From Candidatus Eiseniibacteriota bacterium (GTDB lineage: Bacteria > Eisenbacteria > RBG-16-71-46 > CAVPCR01): a stretch of 64,000 bases of DNA. Position 1 is the first letter of the stretch. Each line of letters opens with the position of its first letter. Location of the stretch: NCBI GenBank assembly GCA_963823555.1, contig CAWGMA010000003.1, forward strand, positions 704,001 through 768,000, read 5' to 3'. Positions 50,501-58,709 of the stretch are shown here, piece after piece. The position numbers and the translations under genes are program-made. The notes beneath the pieces are model-generated. The model ran no database searches. It had not been told where the DNA came from and was given only the letters and a program-made list of their open reading frames with translations.

Positions 50501-51246
50501 GCCGCTACGCCGAGGCTCGCACTCATCTCGAGCGGTTCCTGGTCCTGTCGCGGGAGATCGGTTTCAGGCGCGGGGAGGCCATCGCTCTCCTCGACCTGGG
50601 ACCCGCGCATGCTGTGCTCGGAGATGTCGAAGGAGCGCACCGGGCGCTGGTCGACTCGCAGCGGATCGCGGCCGACCTCGGGGTCCGCCACATGGTCGCC
50701 GCCGCGATTCACGGTCTGGGCGCCATCGCTGAGCAGAGGGGGGAGGTGGCCGAGGCGGAAGGTCGCTATCGGGAAGCGCTGGCCATCCGCCGGGAGATCG
50801 GAGACAGGAGCGGGACGGCCATCAGCCTGGTCGCGCTCGGCGGCCTGCTCGCGGGCAGCGGTCGGAGCGAGGAGGCGCGCGGGCTCATCGCGGAGGCTCT
50901 CGCTCTGGCCACCGAGACCGGCGATCCCAACGAGAAGGCGAGGGCGGCGATTCGCCTCGCGCTATTGCCGGGTGGGGATCCGGCCGCCGCGCTGGCGATC
51001 TTCACCGCGGAAGAGGCTCGCATGGCCTGCCATGAGCGCATGGAAGCCCGGTATCTGCTCTGGCTGGCGACCCGCGATGCCAGTCATCTTAACGCCGCCG
51101 TCAATCTGCTCGGTGAGATGCGCGACCGCGCCCCGGCTTCCGATCGTGAGGCGATGATCAAGAACGTTCCGCTTCACGGCGCCGTCCTCGCGGACTGGCG
51201 ATCGCACGGCGACGCCGCGACCCAGGTCAGCGGGCAGCCGCCGTAA
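47557..51246 (+). CDS. Ser/Thr kinase - AAA/STAND-like ATPase - TPR protein
   Basis: LGTGGMGKVY, ALK, HRDLKPEN, DLG, APE; Walker A GEAGIGKT; Walker B IDDLH; GNPFF; multiple 40-aa TPR-like repeats. Confidence 0.92.
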   Translation: MTTGERIGAYRLLSELGTGGMGKVYLAEVDPEAPAAVSGAELTPGTRVALKVVHPHLLASPDFFQRFLREAEIGKAVSHPNVVRTYLVDSLEREGNELHYMVMEYVEGQTLRSLLGELGRVPEQLCRHIGREVTKGLSAIHGSGVVHRDLKPENVLITRDEVVKVMDLGVAFLQDQAIRLSQTGMFVGSVQYAAPEQFEGTGAVLDGRADLYALGVVLYELATSEHPFGDVSFRVLVSRVLKEKPRRIGELNPQLSPFFEEVVHNLLEKERDKRFESAGVLLKALEDAESSTWWGERERFIRLETKKPLRRIRIPRDTALYGRDGDLARLRDLFDHAKGGEGQVLLLDGEAGIGKTRLVDELVGQLEQAGEDVNFLFGSYPPGGAATAAGAFSAAYREHLGDDGLEETLGSYLEVTPLLIPAFAALLRGDALAAGAEPLTKDSLQTVFVHTTRALAAERPTIILIDDLHFAPEEGRALFAALALAAPGHRVLLIGTMRPGMSEEWVANLERLDHTSRIALKRLGGEDLGQLLADAFRSESLALDLADDIATKSDGNPFFIFEIIRGLREGNFIAREEDGTWVRTQIIQEIVIPSSVSELVQARISGLEEEDRDLLEVACCLGYEFDPTLVADVLGLGVVPVLKRCGRIEKRDRLIRSAGRRYVFDHHQVQEVLYAGLFAQLREQYHAGLAEALETREKAAAKDPQVLEGALAVSLCEHFLKGQAGERALRYLDPALDHLEHSYLNGAAIALADAALEVEGLLAGPARMNVLVRKAHRLDFLGRREETGSALAEALALAETSEDAAVRSRVRRARGWYLIQVGRYEEACTVLEEAIALAQGAGSPAEEGPATGNLGVALRTLGRHEEARAKHERNLELARQIGDRRGEAIANGNLGLALLDLARHEEALACFEQHLEISREIGFRQGEAIATGNMGTLFGSTRRYEKARDCFERGIALSRQIGFRQGEAIANGNLGNVFAELGRYAEARTHLERFLVLSREIGFRRGEAIALLDLGPAHAVLGDVEGAHRALVDSQRIAADLGVRHMVAAAIHGLGAIAEQRGEVAEAEGRYREALAIRREIGDRSGTAISLVALGGLLAGSGRSEEARGLIAEALALATETGDPNEKARAAIRLALLPGGDPAAALAIFTAEEARMACHERMEARYLLWLATRDASHLNAAVNLLGEMRDRAPASDREAMIKNVPLHGAVLADWRSHGDAATQVSGQPP

Positions 51247-51270
51247 CTCCGGATCAGCCGCCCTTCGGAT

Positions 51271-51543
51271 TCAGGGGAGGTCGCAGTTCAGATCGGGATC
51301 CGCATCCTCGCTCCCGGGCATCGGGGTTCCGATCTGGCCGGCCGGTCGCGCACACCTGATTCCGATCTTCTCGCCGCCTTCCGAGTAGATGTAGTCCTCG
51401 AAGTACTCGCACCTTTCGTGCGCGTCGAGGCCGAACTTGCAGCCGTCGATGCTGCAATAGATCTCGAATTCGGGCTCATCCGATCGAAAGCCGTCGGGGG
51501 TCGATTCGGTCATGAGCTTGGTGCGCACCACGCGCCGGGTCAT
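51271..51543 (-). CDS. Small acidic Cys-rich hypothetical protein (90 aa)
   Basis: AAGGAG RBS; MTRRVVRTK...CSIDGC...HERC...C...C; sigma54-like promoter upstream. Confidence 0.62.
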   Translation of the reverse strand: MTRRVVRTKLMTESTPDGFRSDEPEFEIYCSIDGCKFGLDAHERCEYFEDYIYSEGGEKIGIRCARPAGQIGTPMPGSEDADPDLNCDLP

Positions 51544-51620
51544 GCTGTGACTCCTTGGCCGGGGAAGGGTCCTCGAGCGCTCCACGGGAGGGGAAAGGCG
51601 CCGGGATGGAACCGCTGACT

Positions 51621-51637
51621 TTGCATAGGTTGTGCCA
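51621..51637 (-). promoter_or_regulatory. Sigma54 (-24/-12) promoter
   Basis: TGGCAC-AACCT-ATGCAA, 78 nt upstream of ATG 51543. Confidence 0.65.
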
Positions 51638-51874
51638 GAGGCGATAGCAAGCGTATCCCGTAACTCGATCCACGGCAACGGACAAGTGGACCGCCGGCGG
51701 CTTGGGGGGTGATCCCTCGCTTCGCGCCGCCACGCATCCGCCGGCCGGCGGAGTCTCCAGCGGCCAGGTCTCCCGTCCGCGGCCAGACCTGCTACTATCC
51801 CCCGGCATCCTCGATCGCACAGAACCGTGAAGCGGATTGAAGCGCCGTTCCCTTCTTGATGGAGGTTCATCGCG

Positions 51875-52072
51875 ATGAGGCCCATCTCCCGCCTGGCCGG
51901 TCTGATCGGCATGTTGCTGATTCTCTTGGCCGTTATCGGCCGTTTCTATCAGGAGCCGACGATCACTATCCTCGGCCATCGTTTCAAGGCGCTGTCCGTT
52001 CTGGTCATGGCCAACACCTTCCTGGTCGTTGCCATCTACTTCCATCTCCTGGGCTGGGTGAAGAACCGCTAG
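51875..52072 (+). CDS. Small two-TM membrane protein (65 aa)
   Basis: GGAGG RBS; extended -10 TGCTACTAT at 51790; two hydrophobic segments; hairpin downstream. Confidence 0.7.
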   Translation: MRPISRLAGLIGMLLILLAVIGRFYQEPTITILGHRFKALSVLVMANTFLVVAIYFHLLGWVKNR

Positions 52073-52105
52073 TCGCCGCCTTTGGCGATTATCCAAGGCT
52101 AGACG

Positions 52106-52140
52106 CAGAAAGCCGCGCCGGTGGAGCGGCGCGGCTTCTG
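52106..52140. terminator. Hairpin between convergent genes
   Basis: CAGAAAGCCGCGCCG-GTGGAG-CGGCGCGGCTTCTG. Confidence 0.7.
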
Positions 52141-52168
52141 GTTCGGGTGGCGTAAGGCGGCCGTTCGC

Positions 52169-52972
52169 TCAACGGTAGATGGACTTGATCGCGCCCCAGG
52201 TCTCGGACTCAACGGGGATCGTCGCATCGATGCGGACCAGATAGTCCTCGCTCTCCCCGTCCTCGAAGTCGCCCGACCCGTCCCATCCCGGACCCACCTG
52301 GCGCTCGGCGATCTCGAGCCGCATCCAGACATAATGCAGCGTATTGGGGCCGCCGATCAGGAATGGTGGCGAGGTCCAGAGCCCGGCGTAGCCGACTGGG
52401 ATCGGAAAATCGACGACAGCATGCTCCGGTGCGAGCGCGCCCGGACACTGCCAGGCTCCCGCCCAGGCGCCGTTCAGGTCCCAATCGCAGAGCACGTTGA
52501 TGAATCCGGTCACCGGCATGTTGTTGACGACATTGGCCTGGATCATGGCCATGTTGCAGGCTGGGCCCAGCGAGATCGGGGTCGTGACCTGCGGGCAGGG
52601 GACGACGTTGCCCCCGATGATGGTGAACGCCGTGGGCATGACGAGTCCGGCGTCGCCGTCGGCGAAGCACTCATCGAGGTCGTAGGGCGGCGGCGGGCAG
52701 GTGCCCGCGTTGCCGTCGAACTCAGGGTCCCAGGCGGGTTGGGGGCCGGCGCTCACGAAATGCGCCCAGCCCAGGCCGTGGCGGACGAAGGGGGCGGGCC
52801 CCGCCAGACAGGTCGGGAAGGTACCCATCTGTCCGGTCGATGGATAGGCGAGCGCATTCTCGGGAGCGTCGCCGTAATCCTTGTCCTGTGCGGCAGCGGG
52901 AGCGGAGAAGACGAATGCAGCAGCAATGACCAGGGCCAGTAGAGCAAGGCATGCGCAATCGATGCGGGTCAT
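52169..52972 (-). CDS. Secreted GEVED-domain protein with C-terminal TWG tail
   Basis: AAGGAGG RBS; signal peptide; DYGDAP, DWDLNG.W, GESEDY; ends IPVESETWGAIKSIYR. Confidence 0.85.
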   Translation of the reverse strand: MTRIDCACLALLALVIAAAFVFSAPAAAQDKDYGDAPENALAYPSTGQMGTFPTCLAGPAPFVRHGLGWAHFVSAGPQPAWDPEFDGNAGTCPPPPYDLDECFADGDAGLVMPTAFTIIGGNVVPCPQVTTPISLGPACNMAMIQANVVNNMPVTGFINVLCDWDLNGAWAGAWQCPGALAPEHAVVDFPIPVGYAGLWTSPPFLIGGPNTLHYVWMRLEIAERQVGPGWDGSGDFEDGESEDYLVRIDATIPVESETWGAIKSIYR

Positions 52973-53055
52973 GTGGATCCTCCTTTCCGAGAATGCCTTG
53001 CTCCAAGCCTAGGACGAGTGAGGATTCATACAATAGGGAAGAGAGAACTCGACGT

Positions 53056-53075
53056 TAACATTCTCATTGTAGATT
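53056..53075. promoter_or_regulatory. 20-bp upstream motif, copy 2
   Basis: TAACATTCTCATTGTAGATT; 19/20 identical to 25851..25870. Confidence 0.65.
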
Positions 53076-53086
53076 CTGCGCTCGCA

Positions 53087-54064
53087 TCACCATGCATACG
53101 CCTCGGGGGCCTCGCCGCCGGGGCCGGGAAAGATGGCATCGAGACGAGACAGCTGTTCGGTGTCGAGGTGGATCTCGAGGGCGCGCACGGATCCGTCGAG
53201 CTGTTCTCGGGTTCGCGGCCCGATGATGGGTGCCGTGACCGCGGGGTTCCGGAGCAGCCAGGCCAGGGCCACATCGGCCGGGGTCTCACCCAGTTCGCGG
53301 CAGTAGGACTCGTAGGCCTCGATGCGTGAGCGGTGCTTCTCGATCGTCTCCGTCATGGGCTCCGCGGCCCGGCGTCCGCTCGTCGCGCGCTCGAGCACGC
53401 CGCCGAGCAGGCCGCCGGCAAGGGGGCTCCACGGGATCAGCCCCAGGCCGAAAGCGCGACATGACGGGATGACCTCGAGCTCGATCGTGCGAGCGTTCAG
53501 GTTGTAAAGGCTCTGCTCGGACACGAGCCCGAGGAAGTGTCGGCGTCCAGCCTCGCCCTGGGCTTGCGCGATCTGCCAGCCCGAGAAGTTGCTCGAGCCG
53601 ACGTAGAGCACCTTGCCCTGGGCGATGAGCACTTCCATGGCTTGCCATATCTCGTCCCAGGGCGTCGAGCGGTCGATGTGATGCATCTGGTAGAGGTCGA
53701 TGTGATCGGTGCGGAGCCGGCGCAGGCTCTCATCACACGCGCGGCGGATGTGGAGCGCCGACAGCAGGTTCTCGTTGGGCCAGTGGCCCATGCGACCATA
53801 GACCTTGGTGGCGAGGACGACGCGCTCACGCCGGTCGCCGCCCTGGGCGAACCAGCGCCCCACGATCTGCTCCGTGACTCCCTCTCCCAGCTTTCCGCCA
53901 TAGACGTTGGCGGTGTCGAAGAAGTTGATGCCGAGCTCGAGCGCTCGATCCATGATGGCGAAGCTCGAGCTCTCGCTGGTCTGCGGTCCGAAGTTCATCG
54001 TGCCCAGGCACAGCGGGCTCACCTTGAGGCCGCTCCGGCCGAGCCTGCGATAGTCCAGAGCCAT
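53087..54064 (-). CDS. Aldo/keto reductase
   Basis: LCLGTMNF, FDTANVY, LATK, IDLYQMH, GSSN, WSPLAGG. Confidence 0.95.
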   Translation of the reverse strand: MALDYRRLGRSGLKVSPLCLGTMNFGPQTSESSSFAIMDRALELGINFFDTANVYGGKLGEGVTEQIVGRWFAQGGDRRERVVLATKVYGRMGHWPNENLLSALHIRRACDESLRRLRTDHIDLYQMHHIDRSTPWDEIWQAMEVLIAQGKVLYVGSSNFSGWQIAQAQGEAGRRHFLGLVSEQSLYNLNARTIELEVIPSCRAFGLGLIPWSPLAGGLLGGVLERATSGRRAAEPMTETIEKHRSRIEAYESYCRELGETPADVALAWLLRNPAVTAPIIGPRTREQLDGSVRALEIHLDTEQLSRLDAIFPGPGGEAPEAYAW

Positions 54065-54246
54065 CCGATCCACCTCCTCGAGGGTCAACACGATCCGCCG
54101 CCCATCGTGCTCTCCAGCGGCAAAAACCCGGAGCGGCGGCAGGGTCCGGGGAGTCTAACAAAGCGCAGGCGGTGGGCCGGGGGGCGCGACCCGGACTCCA
54201 AGCCTCACGTGAGAGTGGCCAACGTCAGGGAAAGGAGCAGTCGATC

Positions 54247-54675
54247 ATGCCGTACGATCCGCGAATGGTGCAGCCCATGCGTGACGAGCTCACGAGCTTC
54301 GGTGTCAAGGAGCTCACAACGGCCGCCGAGGTTGATGCGTTCATGGCCGACAAGGCCGGGACGGCGCTCCTCGTCATCAACTCGGTGTGCGGGTGCGCGG
54401 CGGGATCGGCCCGGCCCGGCGTGCGTCGCGCGCTTGCCGACACGCGGCGGCCGGACCGCATCGCCACCGTCTTCGCGGGCCAGGATCTCGAGGCCACCGA
54501 GCGGGCGCGGAGCTATTTCCCCGACTTTCCGCCTTCGAGCCCGTCGTTCGTTCTCCTCAAGGACGGGGCTCCCGTGCACTACGTGCCGCGACGCATGATC
54601 GAGGGCCAGGATCCGGAGCGCGTGGGGCAGATCCTCGCCGCGGCCTTCGCCGCCGCGGACAGCCCGACCCCTTAG
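54247..54675 (+). CDS. BrxA/BrxB-family bacilliredoxin
   Basis: VINSVCGCAAGSARP, TVFAGQD, PPSSPS; AAGGAG RBS. Confidence 0.92.
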   Translation: MPYDPRMVQPMRDELTSFGVKELTTAAEVDAFMADKAGTALLVINSVCGCAAGSARPGVRRALADTRRPDRIATVFAGQDLEATERARSYFPDFPPSSPSFVLLKDGAPVHYVPRRMIEGQDPERVGQILAAAFAAADSPTP

Positions 54676-54695
54676 CACCAGGGGCTGGCGTGCCG

Positions 54696-56144
54696 TCAGA
54701 CCCGCCGGGCTCGGCGCTCCGCGGCGATCTCGCCCGCTGCGGTCACCACGGCCTCGAGTGTGCGGTCGAGATCGGCTTCGGTGGTGCGGAACGAGCCCAG
54801 GTTCACACGCAGCACCATGCGTTCGCGGAGCAGCGTCGTGGCGAACCAGGCCTCGCCCGAGGCCTCGACGCGGCGCTGGATCTGCCCGTTCATCTCATCC
54901 TGTTCCTCCGGCGTGAATCCGGATGGCACGAACCGGAAGCAGATGAGGCCCAGATCGGGCTCATGGCAGACCTCGAAACCGGGAAGTCGGCGCACGCGAT
55001 CGGCGAGATAACGAGTGAGCTCGACGTGCCGCTCGTTGGCCTGGGCGAGAACGTCGACGCCGTGAACGAGGAGTGTCCCCCACAGCGTGAACGCCTTGCC
55101 CCGGCGTGAACCCTGCAAGCCCTCGCGGTAGAAGTCGGGGAGCACATCGGTGCGATCGGCGGAGTCCTTGAGGTACGGGGGCTGCACTCCGAAGGACTCC
55201 TTGAGCCACTTGCGATCCCGCACCAGCACGCATCCCAGCTCGCTCGGCAAGAACATCCACTTGTGGGGATCGATGGTCACCGAGTCGGCGTGCTCGATGC
55301 CGGCAAGGCGCGGCCTGAGCTTCTCGGAGAGGATGGCGGCGCCGCCATAGGCGGCATCGACATGCAGGAAGACTCCCGCTTCGGCGGCGACGTCGGCAAT
55401 GGCCGCCAGGGGATCGATGCTCGCCGAGGGTGTGGTGCCGGCGGTGGCGACGATCGCGACCGGGAGCAGTCCTCGGGCGCGGTCGGCGCGCAGCCGCGCC
55501 GCGAGCTCCTCCGGCGGCATCCGGTAGTTCGCGTCGCTCGGTATCCGCACCAGCGCATTCCGTCCCAGGCCCAGCACGTCCACCGAGCGCTCGATCGAGA
55601 AATGACCCTGGTCCGACGCGTAGACGCGCGCCCGCCCGGCGAGCACCGCAGCACCGCCGTCGCGCACGCCCTCGGCGGTGCGGTCGCGCGCGAGCTTGAG
55701 CGCCGTCAGGTTGGCGGCCGTGCCGCCGTTCGTGAAGTGGCCATAGGCCGACTCCGCCGGAAAGCCGACCAGCGCCACCAGCCACCGGATGACGCGATCC
55801 TCGATCGCCGTGATGACCGGGCTCTGCTGGAACGATCCCGTGTTCTGATTGATCGTCGATACGACCAGATCGCAGAGGGCAGCGACGGGGATGACCGAGG
55901 GATTGAACAGCCCGAAGTAGCGCGGCGAGCCGATGGTCATCGTGTGCGGCAGGACCCGGGTTTCGAGCGCCTCGAGGAGCGCCTCGAAGCCACCTCCCTG
56001 GCGGGGGAGGGGCTCCGCAAACAGCGCCTTCAGCGCTTGCGGATCGGGAGCCGAGGAGACGGCGCGCTCGCCGATCGTACCCAGGTATCGGGCCAGGAGG
56101 GCGCTCAGGGCAGCCGCTGCGGCGGGGAACTCCTCGGGGCTCAT
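54696..56144 (-). CDS. Group II PLP-dependent decarboxylase
   Basis: GGTAAN, HFSIE, TAGTT, HVDAAYGG, DPHKW. Start uncertain (frame open to 56303). Confidence 0.9.
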   Translation of the reverse strand: MSPEEFPAAAAALSALLARYLGTIGERAVSSAPDPQALKALFAEPLPRQGGGFEALLEALETRVLPHTMTIGSPRYFGLFNPSVIPVAALCDLVVSTINQNTGSFQQSPVITAIEDRVIRWLVALVGFPAESAYGHFTNGGTAANLTALKLARDRTAEGVRDGGAAVLAGRARVYASDQGHFSIERSVDVLGLGRNALVRIPSDANYRMPPEELAARLRADRARGLLPVAIVATAGTTPSASIDPLAAIADVAAEAGVFLHVDAAYGGAAILSEKLRPRLAGIEHADSVTIDPHKWMFLPSELGCVLVRDRKWLKESFGVQPPYLKDSADRTDVLPDFYREGLQGSRRGKAFTLWGTLLVHGVDVLAQANERHVELTRYLADRVRRLPGFEVCHEPDLGLICFRFVPSGFTPEEQDEMNGQIQRRVEASGEAWFATTLLRERMVLRVNLGSFRTTEADLDRTLEAVVTAAGEIAAERRARRV

Positions 56145-56922
56145 GTCGAGCGGGGAGGGGCCCGGAGCCGGTGCTGTGGACCTTCCGGAGTGCGGCGAAC
56201 GGCCAAGGGTCGGGCTGGGATCTGTGGGTGGCACCGGGTTTCTCGATCCTGCCAGGAAGGGGTCCAGGGGTACATCGCCGGATCTGGACGAGACAGGGAG
56301 CATTCTACGCCACTTCGGTAAGAAGAAGCAGGGGGGTGAGGAACCTCCCGCCGGGAGCGCCTACTCCTTTGTGTGCCACGCCTGGGCGGGGAGGGCGGGG
56401 CCGAGGCAAAGAAAGAGAGCGCAACGGGACACTGCCAGCCGATACCTTGCGCCCGTCGCGCTCTCCTGACGGTTGCTCGATGCTCTTGCTCGAGGATGTG
56501 TTTCAGCAACCGTCGTCATGCGCAGGATGACATGCCTTCGTCGTCATCATGTGACGACTTGATGAAGATCCGACGATTTCCCCGCGGGATCTCTGGTCCG
56601 GTCATTCGCCCGGCACTCACATCCGCTTCACCGATTCTTCGTGGAACCTGATTCCAACGCTTGCGCTCCGGCTGGCCAGCGGTTGCTAGCGTGGCTGGCG
56701 ATGGGAGATCGACACGGCGACCTCGCTCGCGAGCGGGCAGGTCGGTCTCAGGGCCGCGCGATATGCCATGAAGATCACCCGGCCTTGACCAGTCCGTGAC
56801 GCGCATTTCCGACCATTCCTCCATTACGAGTACGAGCACGAGTTCAGACCGGACCGATCGCCCCGCCGGCGCAGCTTAGGGCTCGCGTCGCGCGCTGGCG
56901 ATCAGAAGACGAGGAGAGCTTG

Positions 56923-58611
56923 ATGAAGGCCTGGCTGAGGACAGCGAGCATCGTGATCCTGCTTGCTCTGGCGGCTCAGGGCACCGCCCTGGCCCAGGAT
57001 CGCATCGTCGTCGATTGCAACATCTTCTTCCAGAATCAGTCCAACTGCCCGGCGGGCGAGGTCCGCGCCGGCTTCCCCGCCTGTGCCGACTCGTTCAACA
57101 CATGCGATCTGATCAACGACCTGTTTCCGAACAACGTGACCATCGATCCGCAGATGGTCGCACCGCTCAACCAGTTCGCCCCGGACTTCCGCGTCACCGC
57201 CGGCGGCAACGCCACGCACCTGGGCGGCGCTCCGGTCGGAGTGGTGCCGAACGACGGCTTCTTCACCCAGCCCTACTTCGTGGGCGCCATGGGTTCGGGG
57301 GCTGACGAGGACTGGACCAAGGCTCCGAACGGGACGAGCTGGTGCTACTACTCGTCGAACGGCCTCGGGCGCACGGATCTCCCGAGCAGCGTGACCGTGG
57401 TCAGCGGCAACATCACCGCGAACACCACCTGGACGCCGGCCAGCGGCGGCTACCTGCTCTCGGGCACCGTGCGCGTGCTCCCGCCCGCTACCCTCACCAT
57501 CCAGCCGGGGACCGTCATCTTCGGCGAGCAGGCGACGAGCGGCACGCTCATCATCGAGCAGGGGGCGAAGATCCAGGCGATCGGCACCGCCACCCAGCCC
57601 ATCATCTTCACGAGCGACGCCGAACCCGGCCAGCAGGACCGCGGCCAGTGGGGTGGTGTGGTGCTCAACGGGCGGGCGCCGGTCAACTGCGCGGCCATGC
57701 CGGGCGGCACCTGCGAGGGCGAGGGTGGCTCGGGCACCTTCGGCGGGAACGACCCTGACGACAACAGCGGCACCCTCCGCTACGTGCGCATCGAGTTCGC
57801 CGGGATCGAGTTCAGCCCCGACAACGAGCTCAATGCCCTCACCCAGAACGGCGTCGGCCGGGGCACCACGATCGACCACGTGCAGTGCCATCGCGGGTTC
57901 GACGACGGGTTCGAGTGGTTCGGCGGCACGGTGAACGGTCGCTACATCATCGCCACCGACTGCGGCGACGACCACCTCGACTGGCAAGTGGGCTATCGCG
58001 GCAAGGTGCAGTACGCCATCTCCCGCCACACCTCGGATGTCACCACCGCCGACCGCGGCATCGAGGCCGACAACTACGAGTTCGGCTTCGAGAACCTGCC
58101 CCGCTCGAACCCGACCTTCGCCAATTTGACGATCGTCGGCACCGGCGAGGCGGCGCCCGCCGGTGGCCGGGGTGTCACCCTCCGCCGTGGCACCGCCGGC
58201 ACCATCATGAACTCGATCATCTTCAACACGCGCCGGGCTGCGATCGACATCGATGATGCCTCGACCTTCAATCGCTGCTGGGGCGATCCGTGCAACTTGC
58301 TCGCCGATCAGATCGGAATCGCCGAGCAGCCGGCGCCGGGCGCGGCTCGTCCGCTCGCGGTCAGCCTGTCCCCGAACCCGTTCAATCCGTCGACCCAGAT
58401 TGCGTTCACGCTGGCCCATCCGGGCGCGGCGCGGGTCGGCATCTATGACGGGGCCGGTCGGCTGATCGATGAGATCAGCGCGAACGATCTGACGTCCGGC
58501 CGCCAGTCGCTCGTCTGGAACGCTCCGGCGGGTACCTCGTCCGGTACGTATTTCTACCGGATCGAGGCCGCCGGTCAGGTGGCCACCGGCAAGATGCACC
58601 TCGTGAAATAG
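56923..58611 (+). CDS. Secreted beta-helix-like protein (TBDR-associated family) with FlgD-Ig CTD
   Basis: GAGGAG RBS; signal peptide; TLTIQPGT, PIIFTS, GQWGG, DNSGTLRYVRIEFAG, DDGFEWFGG; CTD PNPFNP...SSGTYFYRI. Confidence 0.85.
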   Translation: MKAWLRTASIVILLALAAQGTALAQDRIVVDCNIFFQNQSNCPAGEVRAGFPACADSFNTCDLINDLFPNNVTIDPQMVAPLNQFAPDFRVTAGGNATHLGGAPVGVVPNDGFFTQPYFVGAMGSGADEDWTKAPNGTSWCYYSSNGLGRTDLPSSVTVVSGNITANTTWTPASGGYLLSGTVRVLPPATLTIQPGTVIFGEQATSGTLIIEQGAKIQAIGTATQPIIFTSDAEPGQQDRGQWGGVVLNGRAPVNCAAMPGGTCEGEGGSGTFGGNDPDDNSGTLRYVRIEFAGIEFSPDNELNALTQNGVGRGTTIDHVQCHRGFDDGFEWFGGTVNGRYIIATDCGDDHLDWQVGYRGKVQYAISRHTSDVTTADRGIEADNYEFGFENLPRSNPTFANLTIVGTGEAAPAGGRGVTLRRGTAGTIMNSIIFNTRRAAIDIDDASTFNRCWGDPCNLLADQIGIAEQPAPGAARPLAVSLSPNPFNPSTQIAFTLAHPGAARVGIYDGAGRLIDEISANDLTSGRQSLVWNAPAGTSSGTYFYRIEAAGQVATGKMHLVK

Positions 58612-58709
58612 TCGCGACGGCATCACCCCGGAGACCGTGAACCAAGGCAGGGTGGCGCCCGAGAAGCGCCATCCTGCCCGGGTCCTTCCCCGAAAGAGGC
58701 CAGCCGAAC

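Noticed and set aside
50200..50590. ~120-bp periodic DNA similarity
   Set aside because: Explained by the TPR coding repeats.
56673..56686. TGGCCAGCGGTTGC as a sigma54 promoter
   Set aside because: GG-to-GC spacing is 9 nt, not the required 10.
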